From Longimicrobiales bacterium (GTDB taxonomy: Bacteria; Gemmatimonadota; Gemmatimonadetes; Longimicrobiales; Gaopeijiaceae): a stretch of DNA of 64,000 nucleotides. The notes under the pieces were generated by a model. The model saw nothing but the letters and a program-made list of their open reading frames with translations. It had not been told where the DNA came from and ran no database searches. Location of the stretch: assembly GCA_965204735.1 (NCBI GenBank), contig OZ242008.1:1504001-1568000 (forward strand), read 5' to 3'. Each line of letters starts with the position of its first letter. Position 1 is the stretch's first letter. The translations under genes were made by a program, and so were the position numbers. This document shows, piece after piece, positions 41,001 through 47,400 of this stretch.

Positions 41001-43538
41001 CGCGACGACGCGCTGACGTACAGCTTGGCGCAGGGCGACGCGGGTCGGTTCCAGGTGGACGGCGCGAGCGGTGCGGTGCGCTACGTGGGCGCCGGCGAGG
41101 ACTACGAGGACGGTCCACCGGAGTTCGCGCTGACGGTGCGCGTGACGGACACGGGCGGACTGACGGTGGAGGCGGCGGTCATGGTGACGCTGCTGGACGT
41201 GAACGAGGGGCCGGAGGCGGTGGGTTCGCTGTCGCCGCCGGTGCTCGAGGTGGGCGGTGCGCCGTGGGAGGTAGGTCTGGGCGAGTACTTCCGGGACCCG
41301 GACGGCGACGCGCTGAGCTACGTGGTGGTGTCGTCGTCGCCGGATGTGGCGGCGGCTTCGGTGTCGGGCGCGGGGCGGTTGTCGGTGGCGCCGCGGGAGA
41401 TCGGCGCGGCGGTGGTGACGGTGACGGCGACGGACGCGGAGGGCTTGACGGCGACGCAGCAGGCGAGCGTGACGGTGGCGGCGTCGCGTGCGGATCGTGC
41501 GCGGGCGTTGAAGCTGACGCTGGCGGCGTTCGGACGGTCTCTGGGGACGGAGACGGTGGAGGCGATCGGCGGTCGGTTGGGTCTGGAGTCGTCGGGTTCG
41601 CCGGGCGGCTCGCATGTGCAGCTGGGCGGCCGCTCGCTGAGCTGCGTCGCGTTCGGCGGCGGCCGTGGCTTGGGCGGTGTGTCCAGCGGCACGGCCTCGT
41701 CCCGCACGTTCGGTGACGACGGCGCGGCTGGCGGCGCGGACGCGGACCAGGGCGAGTCGGGCCAGAGCGGCGCGGCTGGCACCCCGGCCGCGGGCCAGGG
41801 CGGCTCAGGCCAAGACGGTTCGGGCCAGGGCCCGGGCGAGTCGGCCCAGGCCAGCACGTCCTCGACCCACGCCGGTTCGGGCCGCTGGTGCGGGCTCGAG
41901 TCGCTGGTGCGGGACGCAACGGGCCTGCTCGGGTTCCAGATCACGCATCCGGGCACCGGGTCGGGACCCGGCGGCATCCCGAGCGGGACGCTGGACTTGG
42001 CCGCCATCTTCTTCGGCGACGGCGCGACGGGCATGGGCGCCGCCGGGGGCGCCTCGCTCGGTCAAGGCGGCTCGTACCAGGGTCAGCGGGAAGATGCCAC
42101 GCTGCCCGCCGAGCGTGAGCGCGGCGGCATCGCCTTCAGCCCGCTGACGGGCCGCGACCTCCGCTCCCGGAGTTCGTTCCAGCTCTCCTTCGGCGGCGGC
42201 TCGCCCGACGAGCAGGGCGCCGGCGCCGCCCCGGCGCAGACGGCCTCCCAGGCCGGCTGGACGCTGTGGGGCCAGGCCAACGTGGGCGAGTTCGAGGGCC
42301 GCCCCGAAGACGACTTCGCCATGGACGGCCGCACCCGCTCGGCGTACGTGGGCCTGGACTACCGCTTCGGCTCGGGCTTCCTGATGGGCTTGGCCGGCTC
42401 GCGCAGCGACGTGGCGGCGAACTACGAGAGCGGGATCAACGGCGCGGGCAAGACGAAGGCCCACCTGACCAGCCTCTACCCCTACCTGAGCTGGTCGTCC
42501 CAGGGCGGCTTCGGGATATGGGGCTTGGCGGGCGCGGGGATGGGCGCCGCCAACGTGGGCGAGATGGGTCCGACCTACGACGCCGACCTGCGGATGCGGA
42601 TGGGCGCGCTGGGCGTGCGCCAGAAGCTGGTGGGCGGCTTGGCGCTGAAGGCCGACGCCTTCGCGGTGCGCATGATGACGGACGCGTCGAACGGACATGT
42701 GGCTGCCGTGACGGCCGACGCGCAGCGTGTGCGGCTGGCGCCCGAGCTGGGCGGCCAATGGTCCGGCGGCAGCATCGCGATGCGGACGCGCATCGAGGTG
42801 GGCGGTCGCTACGACCGGGGCGACGCGGAGACGGGGATGGGCGCCGAAGCGGGTGCCGAGCTGGGCTTCACGCATGCGGGCAGCGGCTTGAGCCTGGACG
42901 CCCGTGGTCGGATGCTGCTGATCCACCAGGACCGGAACTTCAAGGATTGGGGCGCGGCGGTGGCGCTGCGTATTCAGCCGCGCTCGGAGGTGGGCGGGCT
43001 GTCGTTCTCGCTGGAGCCGTCGTGGGGCAATGCTGCGGGGGGCGCGCAGACACTGTGGCAGGGCGGCGGCGACGTATGGCGGAGCGCGAGCGTGACGGGC
43101 CTGGGCGCGGCGGTTCCCGCGAGTCCAGGCAGCGGCGTGCCGGCCGGCGGCGGCCAAGCCGGCCACGGCGGCCCCACCGGTCAAGGCGGTCCCGCGAGCC
43201 TTGGCGCCGGGCCGGCCCATGGCTTCCCGTCCGCCTACGGCTTCGGAGCGACTCAGGACGCACGCGGCTGGACGCCGGACCGCCTGGCGATGGAGGTGGG
43301 CTACGGCGTGGCGTTGCCTGGCGGCAGCCGGATCAAGCCGTTCGGCCGCTGGAGCCGCGAGGGCGCGGCGGGCTACCGTCTGAACGTGGGGACCCAGTGG
43401 GCGACGCTGGGCGGCGAAACCGCCGAGCAGCAGACCCCCGGTCTCCGCCTGGTGATGGACTTCTTCGGCGAGCAGGTGGCCACTGGCTTCCAGCCCCCGG
43501 AACGCCGCGTCGGACTCCTCGGCAAGATCACCTTCTGA
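26019..43538 (+). CDS. Giant repetitive surface adhesin 1: signal peptide, 35 Ig-like ~125-130 aa repeats, 5 cadherin-like domains, 1 Ig-like domain, C-terminal autotransporter-like beta-barrel (start uncertain: 26019/26100/26208)
   Basis: 5839-codon ORF. Signal-like 'MPVARTALAAVGLLAAVGTTAPAPLSA-Q'. Repeat consensus 'VTGTPQLAL.IG..TRQA.Y.SG.GT..L.F.Y.V...D.D.DGISIGASAL.LNGGTI...HKVDG'. Cadherin motifs 'NVNDAPVF/DVNEAPAF/ATDPD'. Amphipathic strands ending in terminal F. Confidence 0.9.
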   Translation: MRSHSSSEPSTSQQVAFTCCPPPPPFLMAGWPERSRLEPVLLRREHRDPSPCGRLARAFWARAMPVARTALAAVGLLAAVGTTAPAPLSAQTTVTVDSLRMLSSAGNDSTYVQGDTIRVGVYYSSNTDVNSIPSRLYLKIGTETRTALWTGPSDGCDCGSGGATWFRFRYVVQPEDVDADGITTDSLGAYDITAADGTAINGSLTGVAITNAAAHKVDGALGYPKVTGVTISSSAGADNTYNVDDTIAVTVAFDSTVAVTGTPQLALGIGSATRQANYASGTGSTALVFRYVVVVGDEDTDGISIGANALTLNGGTIRLGTKNAVLSSLASHAITNAAAHKVDTPPAVTDVVFPNSPAEGDSLWRRLEHMRVSVHFTKSVWVTGSPRLALTIGANTRQASYQSGSGSDSLVFSYRIEDTDEDTTGVSIGASALTLNSGTIKASSDSTDAALSLGSHAVSNAAAHKVDGITRFAGPVVFVTNPGADSTFAFGDQIIIDIYFNNLINSPGAGAVTLNVQIGTRTVPFAYTGVAPNYLSFTHYVTTDDIDADGLSLPENALSGSVSGGGRAAVTGLRGHAITNDPTRKVNGLLGLPDVQRTSITSDAGTDSTYVRGDVIEIGVVFDENVTVTGTPQLALTIGANTRQARYISGSGGDSLTFRYATLTTDADADGISYSANALTLNGGTIKGTVVYGDTTRNAHLGLKTHVVANGAAHKVDGSQGPPVVVGVAIASDAGADSAYVVGDTIEVDVVFVENVDVTGTPQLALTIGSQARQASYASGTGGDSLTFRYVAVAGDIDTDGLSIGESALTLNSGTIRRAGSTTVDASLGLSIYTVTNAAAHKVLAVQGLPHVTGTAITSDPGTDSTYAAGDTIEVAVVFNENVNVTGTPQLALEIGAATRQASYVSGTGGDSLTFRYVTVAADTDTTGISYSVDALTLNGGTIRRVATVLDAVVSLLTHVVTNDAAHQVRPTSNKVTGLSVNSAGPDSTFVRGDTMKVTLAFRETTVVTGVPRIRMWLGATSRWATYHSGSGTSELEFRYVVEVAINDGTGVGILADAVDLNGGAVRAANQVAVSVAIPTALTIVDDPAWKVAGSTRITSASVGRPPTGNVFERGDTVVVTMVYSDSVDVTGVPTAWLNFASASHNPALYASGTGTDTLKFRYVVQSGDADPDGLSLYGNAIQLTGGSTIREAGTTTSAFHDTPWPHLGQNALTNSPDHIVAGAERITSVSLGPPPVGDTFERGDTIKVIVVYSGSVDVTGVPTVWMNIGTNNFAGATYASGTGTDTLEFHRVVEATDVDGDGISIGGNALQLTGTPASTITDAGTNVAVLGGTPWGTSVNAITNSANHKVQGGTFTASSVSGVTIASSPSSGDTYELGERIEVEVSFNRNVVVTGAPQLALEIGSDTVQAAYASGTGTTALAFQYAVTAADADSTGISIGASALALNGGMIDDARDTTVAASLGLGSNAIANATAHKVDGAQGPPGVVGVVVGSPLVGDTFERGETIEVKVAFNKSVAVTGTPRLALGIGSATKQADYASGTGTDTLAFRYVVVAADADADGLSIGSGALALNSGTIRVSGGATNAVLGLGVHAITNSTGHKVAGGTFTTSAPSGVAITSAPASDSTYGRTERIEVEVSFTRPVVVTGTPQLALAIDTLTRQASYASGSGTATLAFHYTVVAADSDSTGISIGASALTLNSGTINDARDGSTAAGLGLGSHAIANAAAHKVDGNVGPPSVTDVSFEYDPHNATYERGEQIGVRVQFHRAVDVTGTPQLALGIGSATRQASYVSGTGTTTLLFRYTVVQSDSDGNGISIGASALTLNGGTIRLSGAMVDAVLDLGSHAVANEGFQRVDGSQFTTPYPGGMAVRSSPASANTYQLGERILVLVTFTTPVTVTGTPRVALGIGSATRQAEYARGTGTRDVWFHYTVAAADVDADGISIGGSALALNGGTINDARAGGSAALLTLAGEAFSNDGDHRVNGGLGAPSVVGVSINDAPADSTFELGDVVVVTVEFNAAVTVTGTPRVRVGVGSSLRNAWYQRGSGTTSLEFEYTVVQTHVDTDGISIGASALETPSGSTIRRSGTTTDALLGLGVHAISNSAAHKVAGNTVTTPVVKGMRVSSTPAVGDTYLGGEAIEVEVEFVRGVYVGGTPQLALEVGDSTRQAEYNRRDATFTRVTFRYVVQATDMDADGISVGAGALVRSAGDTIGDGRQRSDAADLALGSHTFTNAAGHKVQGNIPYVTSVFFLSATLSGINYASTDSVFGLGDLIRVGVGFNTGVTVTGTPSLALGIGAQTRSIAQCGTTGGGTILVFCYTVVAADADSTGISIGANALTLPGGATIRGTGTTTDARLTLTPWSFADAAAFQVDGTKEVAPGVSGVTISSTPASDSTYGRTEAIEVEVEFERPVAVTGTPQLALSIDTLTRQASYTSGSETRTLVFRYTVVAADADSTGISIGASALGLGGGTIVLAGGTAAASLGLGTNAIANAAAHKVDGSLGPPGVTELAISSPVVGDTFERGETIGVELTFSRAVDVTGTPQLALGIGSATRQASYASGTGSTGLLFQYVVASGDADADGLSIGASALALNGGTIRLAGGALDATLGLGASAVTNSADHKVAGGTFTTPSVSAVTVSSAPAADSTYKLGESIEVKVAFGRPVAVTGSPRLALTIGTATRQASYDSASSKVDTLVFGYSIRPVDADTDGISIGASALALNGGTIADVRPGAAAAALGLGSSAVTNDAAHKVDGLQGPPGVTNLTVASPPVGTTFERGDTIVATVRFNKSVDVTGTPQLALGIGAQTRQAAYASGTGTTSLVFRYVVVAADVDPDGLSVGASALTLNGGTIDVAGGTTDALLSLEHQAFSNFLAVNGGAFTAASVAGVTISSTPASDSTYGRTERIEVEVTFNRRVAVTDTPQVALTIGSQTRQAEYASGTGTKTLTFGYAVVAADTDANGISIGASALALNGGTISDARDATMAAGLGLGSYAIANAAAHKVDGAQGPPGVTGLVVASPPTGDTFERGDAIAVTVTFNRAVDVTGTPQLALGIGSQTRQASYASGTGTASLVFQYTVVTADVDADGLSIGASALALNSGTIRLSGGTLDATLGLGTHAVTNSTGHKVAGGTFTASSVSGVTISSSPSSGDTYGLGEEIEVEVSFVRPVVTGGAPQLALTVGARTRQAEYASGTFTKTLTFSYEVLAADADSNGISIGASALALNGGTINDARGGSTAASLGLGSSAIANAAAHKVDGALGPPGVSALSIGSPHVGDTFERGETIEVKVAFTKAVAVTGTPQLALGIGSATKQASYAAGTGTDTLVFRYVVVTADEDSTGISIGTSALALNGGTIRVSGGATDAVLSLRDHFVTDNGNYKVAGGTFTVAAVSGVTISSTPSSDSTYGRTERIEVEVGFTRPVAVTGGPQLALGIGSQTRQAAYASGSGTATLVFEYTVVAADEDSTGISIGASALALNSGAINDARDGTAASLGLGSNAISNAAAHKVDGSRGPPGVTGLSISAPTVGDTFERGETIEVSLVFNRSVDVTGVPRLALTIGSATRQASYASGTGTDTLVFRYVVASGDADSDGISIAASALALSGGTIRVAGGTLDAVLGLGASVVTNSGSHKVAGGTFTTPAVSAVTISSAPAADSTYKLGESIEVKVAFGRPVAVTGTPRLALTIGTQTRQASYVAASSKADTLVFGYTVRPADADTDGISIGASALTLNGGSIADVRPGAAAAALSLGSNAVSNAAAHKVNGSLGPPGVVGLSVAAPLVGSTFERGDTVVATVTFNKAVDVTGAPQLALSIGAQQVGAYAGAATGTTSLEFRYVVISGDVDTDGLSIRANALTLNGGTIDVAGGTTDALLSLAHHAISNDGALRVAGGTFTAAAVSEVSITSSPAGASTYGLSEEIEVEVTFNRNVTVTGAPQLALTIGSQTRQAAYDSATSVGAGGRVLTFRYTVAAADADANGISIGASALTLNGGTIADARDGSTAASLGLGSHAIANSTGHRVDGAQGPPGVSGVSIASPPVGDTFERGDTIIATVTFNKGVDVTGTPQLALTIGTQTRQASYSSGTGTASLVFRYVVVTADVDADGLSIGASALVLNGGMIDVANGTVDAVLGLGAHAVTNSAGHKVAGGTFTAASVSGVSLTSSPAVATTYGRGEQIEVQVTFNRRVSVTGTPQVALTVGAQTRQAGYASGTGTTALVFRYTVVAADADTDGIEVGASALALNSGTIADARNGTTAAALGLGSHALSAAAGHKVDGTLAGASVSGVVVSSTPESGDTYGLGERIEVQVTFDRAVTVTGAPQLALTVGTATRQASYVGGSGTATLSFAYRVQGAGSGGSGTGGVDADADGVGVAAAALTLNGATIVNTADGVRPAVLALGSHAITAAANDKVDGTVEAAPVVVGLAVTSTPGASGLYGPRSVIRVAVTFSRPVDVAGAPQQAGHMSAATAPVRLAIEIGTAVRQASYVSGSGTPVLVFEYVVQPADRDEDGISIPADALTATGGALRIAGGTTAAALDLSGYEVENLEEHQVNGAGGTDPVFGRAEYEFKLTEDVAGPVVVGTVSATDPFGGEVTYSLAAGDEGLFEVDARTGEVRYVGTGEDAESRSEFVMIVRATADDGERTGDATVTVRLVNVNDAPVFTAERYAFAMAENVAGPLALGVAEAVDLDEGDTLTYRLATGDADRFEVDGATGEVRYVGAGEDYEGAGPKSWELEVTATDLAGASAKALVAVALTNVNEEPAFADSAYAFDLAENARGPLLLGEVRATDPDGGDWLSYALAAGDAERFKVNATSGAVRYVGSGEDAETGPGSWELEVTATDRGGLTARARVVVTLEDRNEGPVFVEPIWEWELAEHVAGPVELGAVEATDVDAGDTLRYSLSGAGAALFDVGESSGVVRYVGAGEDAETGPEGWEFEVVATDRAGLAAVAKVRVLLLDVNEAPAFVDSAYAFELAENARGPRELGRVEATDPDRDDALTYSLAQGDAGRFQVDGASGAVRYVGAGEDYEDGPPEFALTVRVTDTGGLTVEAAVMVTLLDVNEGPEAVGSLSPPVLEVGGAPWEVGLGEYFRDPDGDALSYVVVSSSPDVAAASVSGAGRLSVAPREIGAAVVTVTATDAEGLTATQQASVTVAASRADRARALKLTLAAFGRSLGTETVEAIGGRLGLESSGSPGGSHVQLGGRSLSCVAFGGGRGLGGVSSGTASSRTFGDDGAAGGADADQGESGQSGAAGTPAAGQGGSGQDGSGQGPGESAQASTSSTHAGSGRWCGLESLVRDATGLLGFQITHPGTGSGPGGIPSGTLDLAAIFFGDGATGMGAAGGASLGQGGSYQGQREDATLPAERERGGIAFSPLTGRDLRSRSSFQLSFGGGSPDEQGAGAAPAQTASQAGWTLWGQANVGEFEGRPEDDFAMDGRTRSAYVGLDYRFGSGFLMGLAGSRSDVAANYESGINGAGKTKAHLTSLYPYLSWSSQGGFGIWGLAGAGMGAANVGEMGPTYDADLRMRMGALGVRQKLVGGLALKADAFAVRMMTDASNGHVAAVTADAQRVRLAPELGGQWSGGSIAMRTRIEVGGRYDRGDAETGMGAEAGAELGFTHAGSGLSLDARGRMLLIHQDRNFKDWGAAVALRIQPRSEVGGLSFSLEPSWGNAAGGAQTLWQGGGDVWRSASVTGLGAAVPASPGSGVPAGGGQAGHGGPTGQGGPASLGAGPAHGFPSAYGFGATQDARGWTPDRLAMEVGYGVALPGGSRIKPFGRWSREGAAGYRLNVGTQWATLGGETAEQQTPGLRLVMDFFGEQVATGFQPPERRVGLLGKITF
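26078..26093 (+). repeat. C16 homopolymer tract (candidate phase-variation site)
   Basis: 16 consecutive C at the 5' end of giant adhesin 1. Confidence 0.9.
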
Positions 43539-43569
43539 GAAGGGCCGGAAGATCGCTGCCGGCGCTGTT

Positions 43570-43600
43570 CGTCGCCTTCGGGCTGGGCGAGTTGGCGTGA
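43570..43600 (+). repeat. Right copy of the 31-bp soxC 3'-end direct repeat; contains the GTG start of the cytochrome c gene
   Basis: Encodes 'VAFGLGELA*' versus soxC 'VTFGLGELV*'; the terminal GTGA overlaps the cytochrome start at 43597. Confidence 0.85.
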
Positions 43601-44250
43601 AGCTGGGGGGCGCCGGCACAGCGGGGGCTTGGCGCGTCCATGCGTCTCTGGCGCTAGCGGTCGCGTCGGGCGTCGTGTTTGGCGGATGCGGCAACGGTCC
43701 CGACGCTGGCCCTGGTCGTGCCCCCGGCAACGCCCCCGGCGCCGAGTCCGATCCCCCGGGCCTCCCCGACCACGCACCCGACCGGTTCGGCTTCGGTTCG
43801 GCCGCATCCGACGCTCGGATCGCTCTCTGGGACATCGACGTCAAGCCCGACGGCGCCGGGCTGCCTCCCGGAAGCGGCTCGGTGGAGGAAGGCCGTCGCC
43901 TCTACCAAGTCCAGTGCATGGCGTGCCACGGTCCCACCGGAACCGAAGGCCCCAACGACCGGCTCGTGCCCGCCGGCGAGTGGGAGCAGTGGCCGCAAGG
44001 TCGCGCGGTCGGAGGCTACTGGCCCTACGCCACGACCCTCTTCGACTACGTGCGCCGGGCCATGCCCCAAGCGACTCCGGGCTCCCTCTCGGACGACCAG
44101 GTCTACGCAGTGTCCGCCTACGTCCTCCACCTGAACGGCCTGTTGCCTGCCGATGCCACGCTCGACTCGGCGTCCCTGGCGGCCGTGGAGATGCCCGCTC
44201 GGAACCGCTTCGTCCCCGACGACCGGCGGGGCGGTCTGGAGGTGCGGTAG
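43597..44250 (+). CDS. SoxD-like monoheme cytochrome c (probable lipoprotein), partner of SoxC
   Basis: Lipobox-like 'VFGGC'; 'WDIDVKPDG.GLPPGSGSV.EG', heme motif 'CMACHG', 'YWPYATTLFDYVRRAMP', 'MP.RNRF'. Confidence 0.9.
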   Translation: MKLGGAGTAGAWRVHASLALAVASGVVFGGCGNGPDAGPGRAPGNAPGAESDPPGLPDHAPDRFGFGSAASDARIALWDIDVKPDGAGLPPGSGSVEEGRRLYQVQCMACHGPTGTEGPNDRLVPAGEWEQWPQGRAVGGYWPYATTLFDYVRRAMPQATPGSLSDDQVYAVSAYVLHLNGLLPADATLDSASLAAVEMPARNRFVPDDRRGGLEVR

Positions 44251-44482
44251 CCCGCGACGCAAAGCCGCCTTCGACTCGTCGTGACGGCTGACCGACGCCT
44301 TCGGTACGACAACACGCGGCCACTCCAGTCTTGATTTCGCGGTTACGATTACCTATAGCTGTAACGACGGTGGTGCACAGACTCAATTCATTGAGCGAGC
44401 GAGTTCTGAGTGGACTATCCATCAGCGAACCGGCGAGCAGCTGCGACCCCTGCCGAATGCCCGCAGCGACCCCCCTCGCCGA

Positions 44483-47400
44483 ATGCCCGCAGACGGGCGT
44501 CGTTATTGGCCCCCCCCCCCCCCCCTTGTGGTTGGGCTGGCCCGAGCGTTCCAGGCCTACGCGATGCCGCCAGCGCTAGCAAGGACGACGCTCGCGGCCC
44601 TCGGCCTGCTGGCGGCGGCGTTCGGGACCACGGGCGCGCCGACGCCGCTGGGCGCCCAGACTGCGCCCGCAGTGGACAGCGTGTACATCGTCAGCACGCC
44701 AGCGGCCGCCGCCAGCACGTACGGGACGACGGAGCAGATCCGGGTGACGGTGACGTTCGACCAGAACATCGACATGGCGGGAACGGCTCCGTACCTGAAC
44801 CTGACGATTGGGGCGAACACTAGGCAAGCTACTCGGTGCGCGACGCTGGACGACGGGGCGAGCTTCTGCTACACGGTCGTGGCTGCGGACAACGACTCGG
44901 ACGGCATCAGCATCGGAGCGAGCGCGCTGGTTCTCCCGTCGGGAGGCACGATCACGGCGCAGGGCACCACGACGAATGCGAACCTGTCGCTTGGAACCCA
45001 TGCCGTCAGCAACGACGCCGGCCACAAGGTGAACGGCACTCTGATCACCCCGACGGTGACCGGCGTAGTGTGGCAGAGCTCTCCCGGACCCGATTCGACG
45101 TACGTCCTAGGCGACGTCGTAATCATCAGAGTCTATTGGGACCAACCGGTAAACTGGCCTGCTTATCTGCACCAAATGAACTTCGACTTCCAGATTGGAG
45201 AGCACTCTCGCCGGGTGACTTGGTACACTCGTACTGCTGACCACAGAGATCTGGCGTTCCGCTACACGATAACGGCGAACGACTTCGACGCGGACGGCAT
45301 CAGCCTGCCCGCGGACGGGATTGTCCTTGACTTGGCCACGCCCCCCACACCCTGGCCCACTCGCGTAGGAGGCACGGCGCGAGTCGACGTGTCGCTCGGC
45401 GCGCACGCCGTCATGAACGCCGCCGGGCACAAGGTGGACGGTCGCGTTCCAAGCGTCGTGCGCACGTCGATCACGAGCGACGCGGGGACGGACAGCACGT
45501 ACGTTCGGGGCGACGTGATCGACATTGGAGTCGTGTTCAGCGAAAACGTGGACGTGACGGGCACGCCGCAGCTGGCGCTGACGGTCGGCGCGGCGACACG
45601 GCAGGCGAACTACGTGTCGGGCACGGGCAGCGACTCGCTGACGTTCCGCTACTCGGTGTTGTCGGGAGACGCGGACAGCACCGGGATCAGCTATGCGGCG
45701 GCCGCGCTGACGCTGAACGGCGGCACGATCAACAAGGCGAACCAAACGGTGGCAGCGGCCCTTGGGCTGGGGAGCGCGGTGGTCACGAACGCGGCGGACC
45801 ACAAGGTGGACGGCACCACGGGGCCGCCGGTGGTCACGGGCGTGTCGATCACGAGCGACGCGGGGACGGACAGCATCTATGCGTCGGGCGACACGATCGA
45901 AGCAGTGGTCGTGTTCAACGAGAACGTGACGGTGACGGGGACGCCGCAGCTGGCGCTGACGATCGGTTCGCAGACGCGGCAGGCGAACTACGTCTCGGGG
46001 AGTGGGAACGATTCGCTGACGTTCACCTACGTGGCTGCGACGGGAGACTTGGACGAAGACGGGGTGAGCATCGGATCGAACGCGCTGACGCTGAACGGCG
46101 GGACGATCAAGCGGGGCACGACGGTGGACGCGGCGTTGTCGCTGATTGGCAGGGAGGTAGCGAACGCGCTCGCCCACAGGGTCGTGGTTGTGACGAGCCT
46201 CGCGCACGTCACGGGCACATCGATCATCAGCGATCCGGGGACGGACAGCACCTACGCGCCGGGCGACACGATCGAGGTATTGGTCGTGTTCAACGAGAAC
46301 GTGGACGTGACGGGCACGCCGCAGCTGGCGTTGGAGATCGGCGCGGCGACGCGGCAGGCGAACTACGCGTCGGGTACGGGCAACGACTCGCTGACGTTCC
46401 GCTACGTCGTGGTGCCTTCAGACACCGACACCACCGGGATCAGCTATTCGTGGAACGCGCTCACGCTGAACGGGGGAACGATCAAGCGGGCCGGGGCGAC
46501 GGCGGACGCGTACCTTGGCTTTCGGACCCACGTGGTCACCGACGACAGGGCCCACCGCGTGTTTTATGTCATCTCCACGGTGACGGGCTTGTCGGTCAAT
46601 TCGGCGGGTCCGGACTCGACGTTCGTCAGAGGCGACACGGTGAAGGTGACGCTCTCCTTCACAGACACGGTCGTCGTGACGGGCACGCCGCGGGTGAGGA
46701 TCTGGCTGGGCGCTACTCACGGCTGGGCGACCTACCACTCGGGGTCGGGCACGAGCGAGTTGGAGTTCCGCTACGTGGTGCAGTCGGGGATCGACGACAA
46801 AAACGGCGTAGGGATACTGGCCGACGCCGTCGACCTGAACGGGGGTACGATCAGGGACGCCAACGAGGTCAACGTGAATCCACGGATAGACGCGTCGCTG
46901 ACGATAGTGGACGATCCCAGATGGAAGGTGGCGGGCTTGACGCGAGTGACGAGCGTTTCGGTGGGGCGGCCGCCGACGGGCGACGTGTTCGAGCGTGGCG
47001 ACACGATCGTGGTGACGGTGGTCTACTCGGACTCGGTGGACGTGACGGGCGTTCCGACGGCGTGGCTGAAGCTCACGTCGGCTGCGTACAGGCCGGCGCT
47101 GTACGCGTCGGGCACGGGCACGGACACTCTGGAGTTCCGCTACGTGGTGGAGGCGGGGGACCACGACAACGACGGCCTTAGCCTCTACGGCACCGCGATT
47201 CAGTTGACGGGGGGCTCGACGATCAGAGAGGCGGGCACCACGACGAGCGCGTTTCACGACACGCCCTGGCCCTATCTGGGCCAGGACGCGATCGCGAACA
47301 GCGCGGGCCACAAGGTGGCGGGCGCGGCGCGCATAGCGAGCGTGTCGGTGGGGTCGCCGCCGGTGGGCGACACGTTCGAGCGTGGCGACACGATCAAGGT

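Noticed and set aside
25887..41615. 5242-codon antisense ORF (and 51938-56272, 49271-51886 etc.)
   Set aside because: Arg/His-rich shadow of the repetitive adhesin genes caused by codon bias; no domain motifs.
44251..44300. GACGCAAAGCC resembling the c-di-GMP-I riboswitch core, upstream of adhesin 2
   Set aside because: The upstream GGCAAA and GNRA-capped P2 stem and downstream conserved elements are absent; an Rfam RF01051 scan would settle it.
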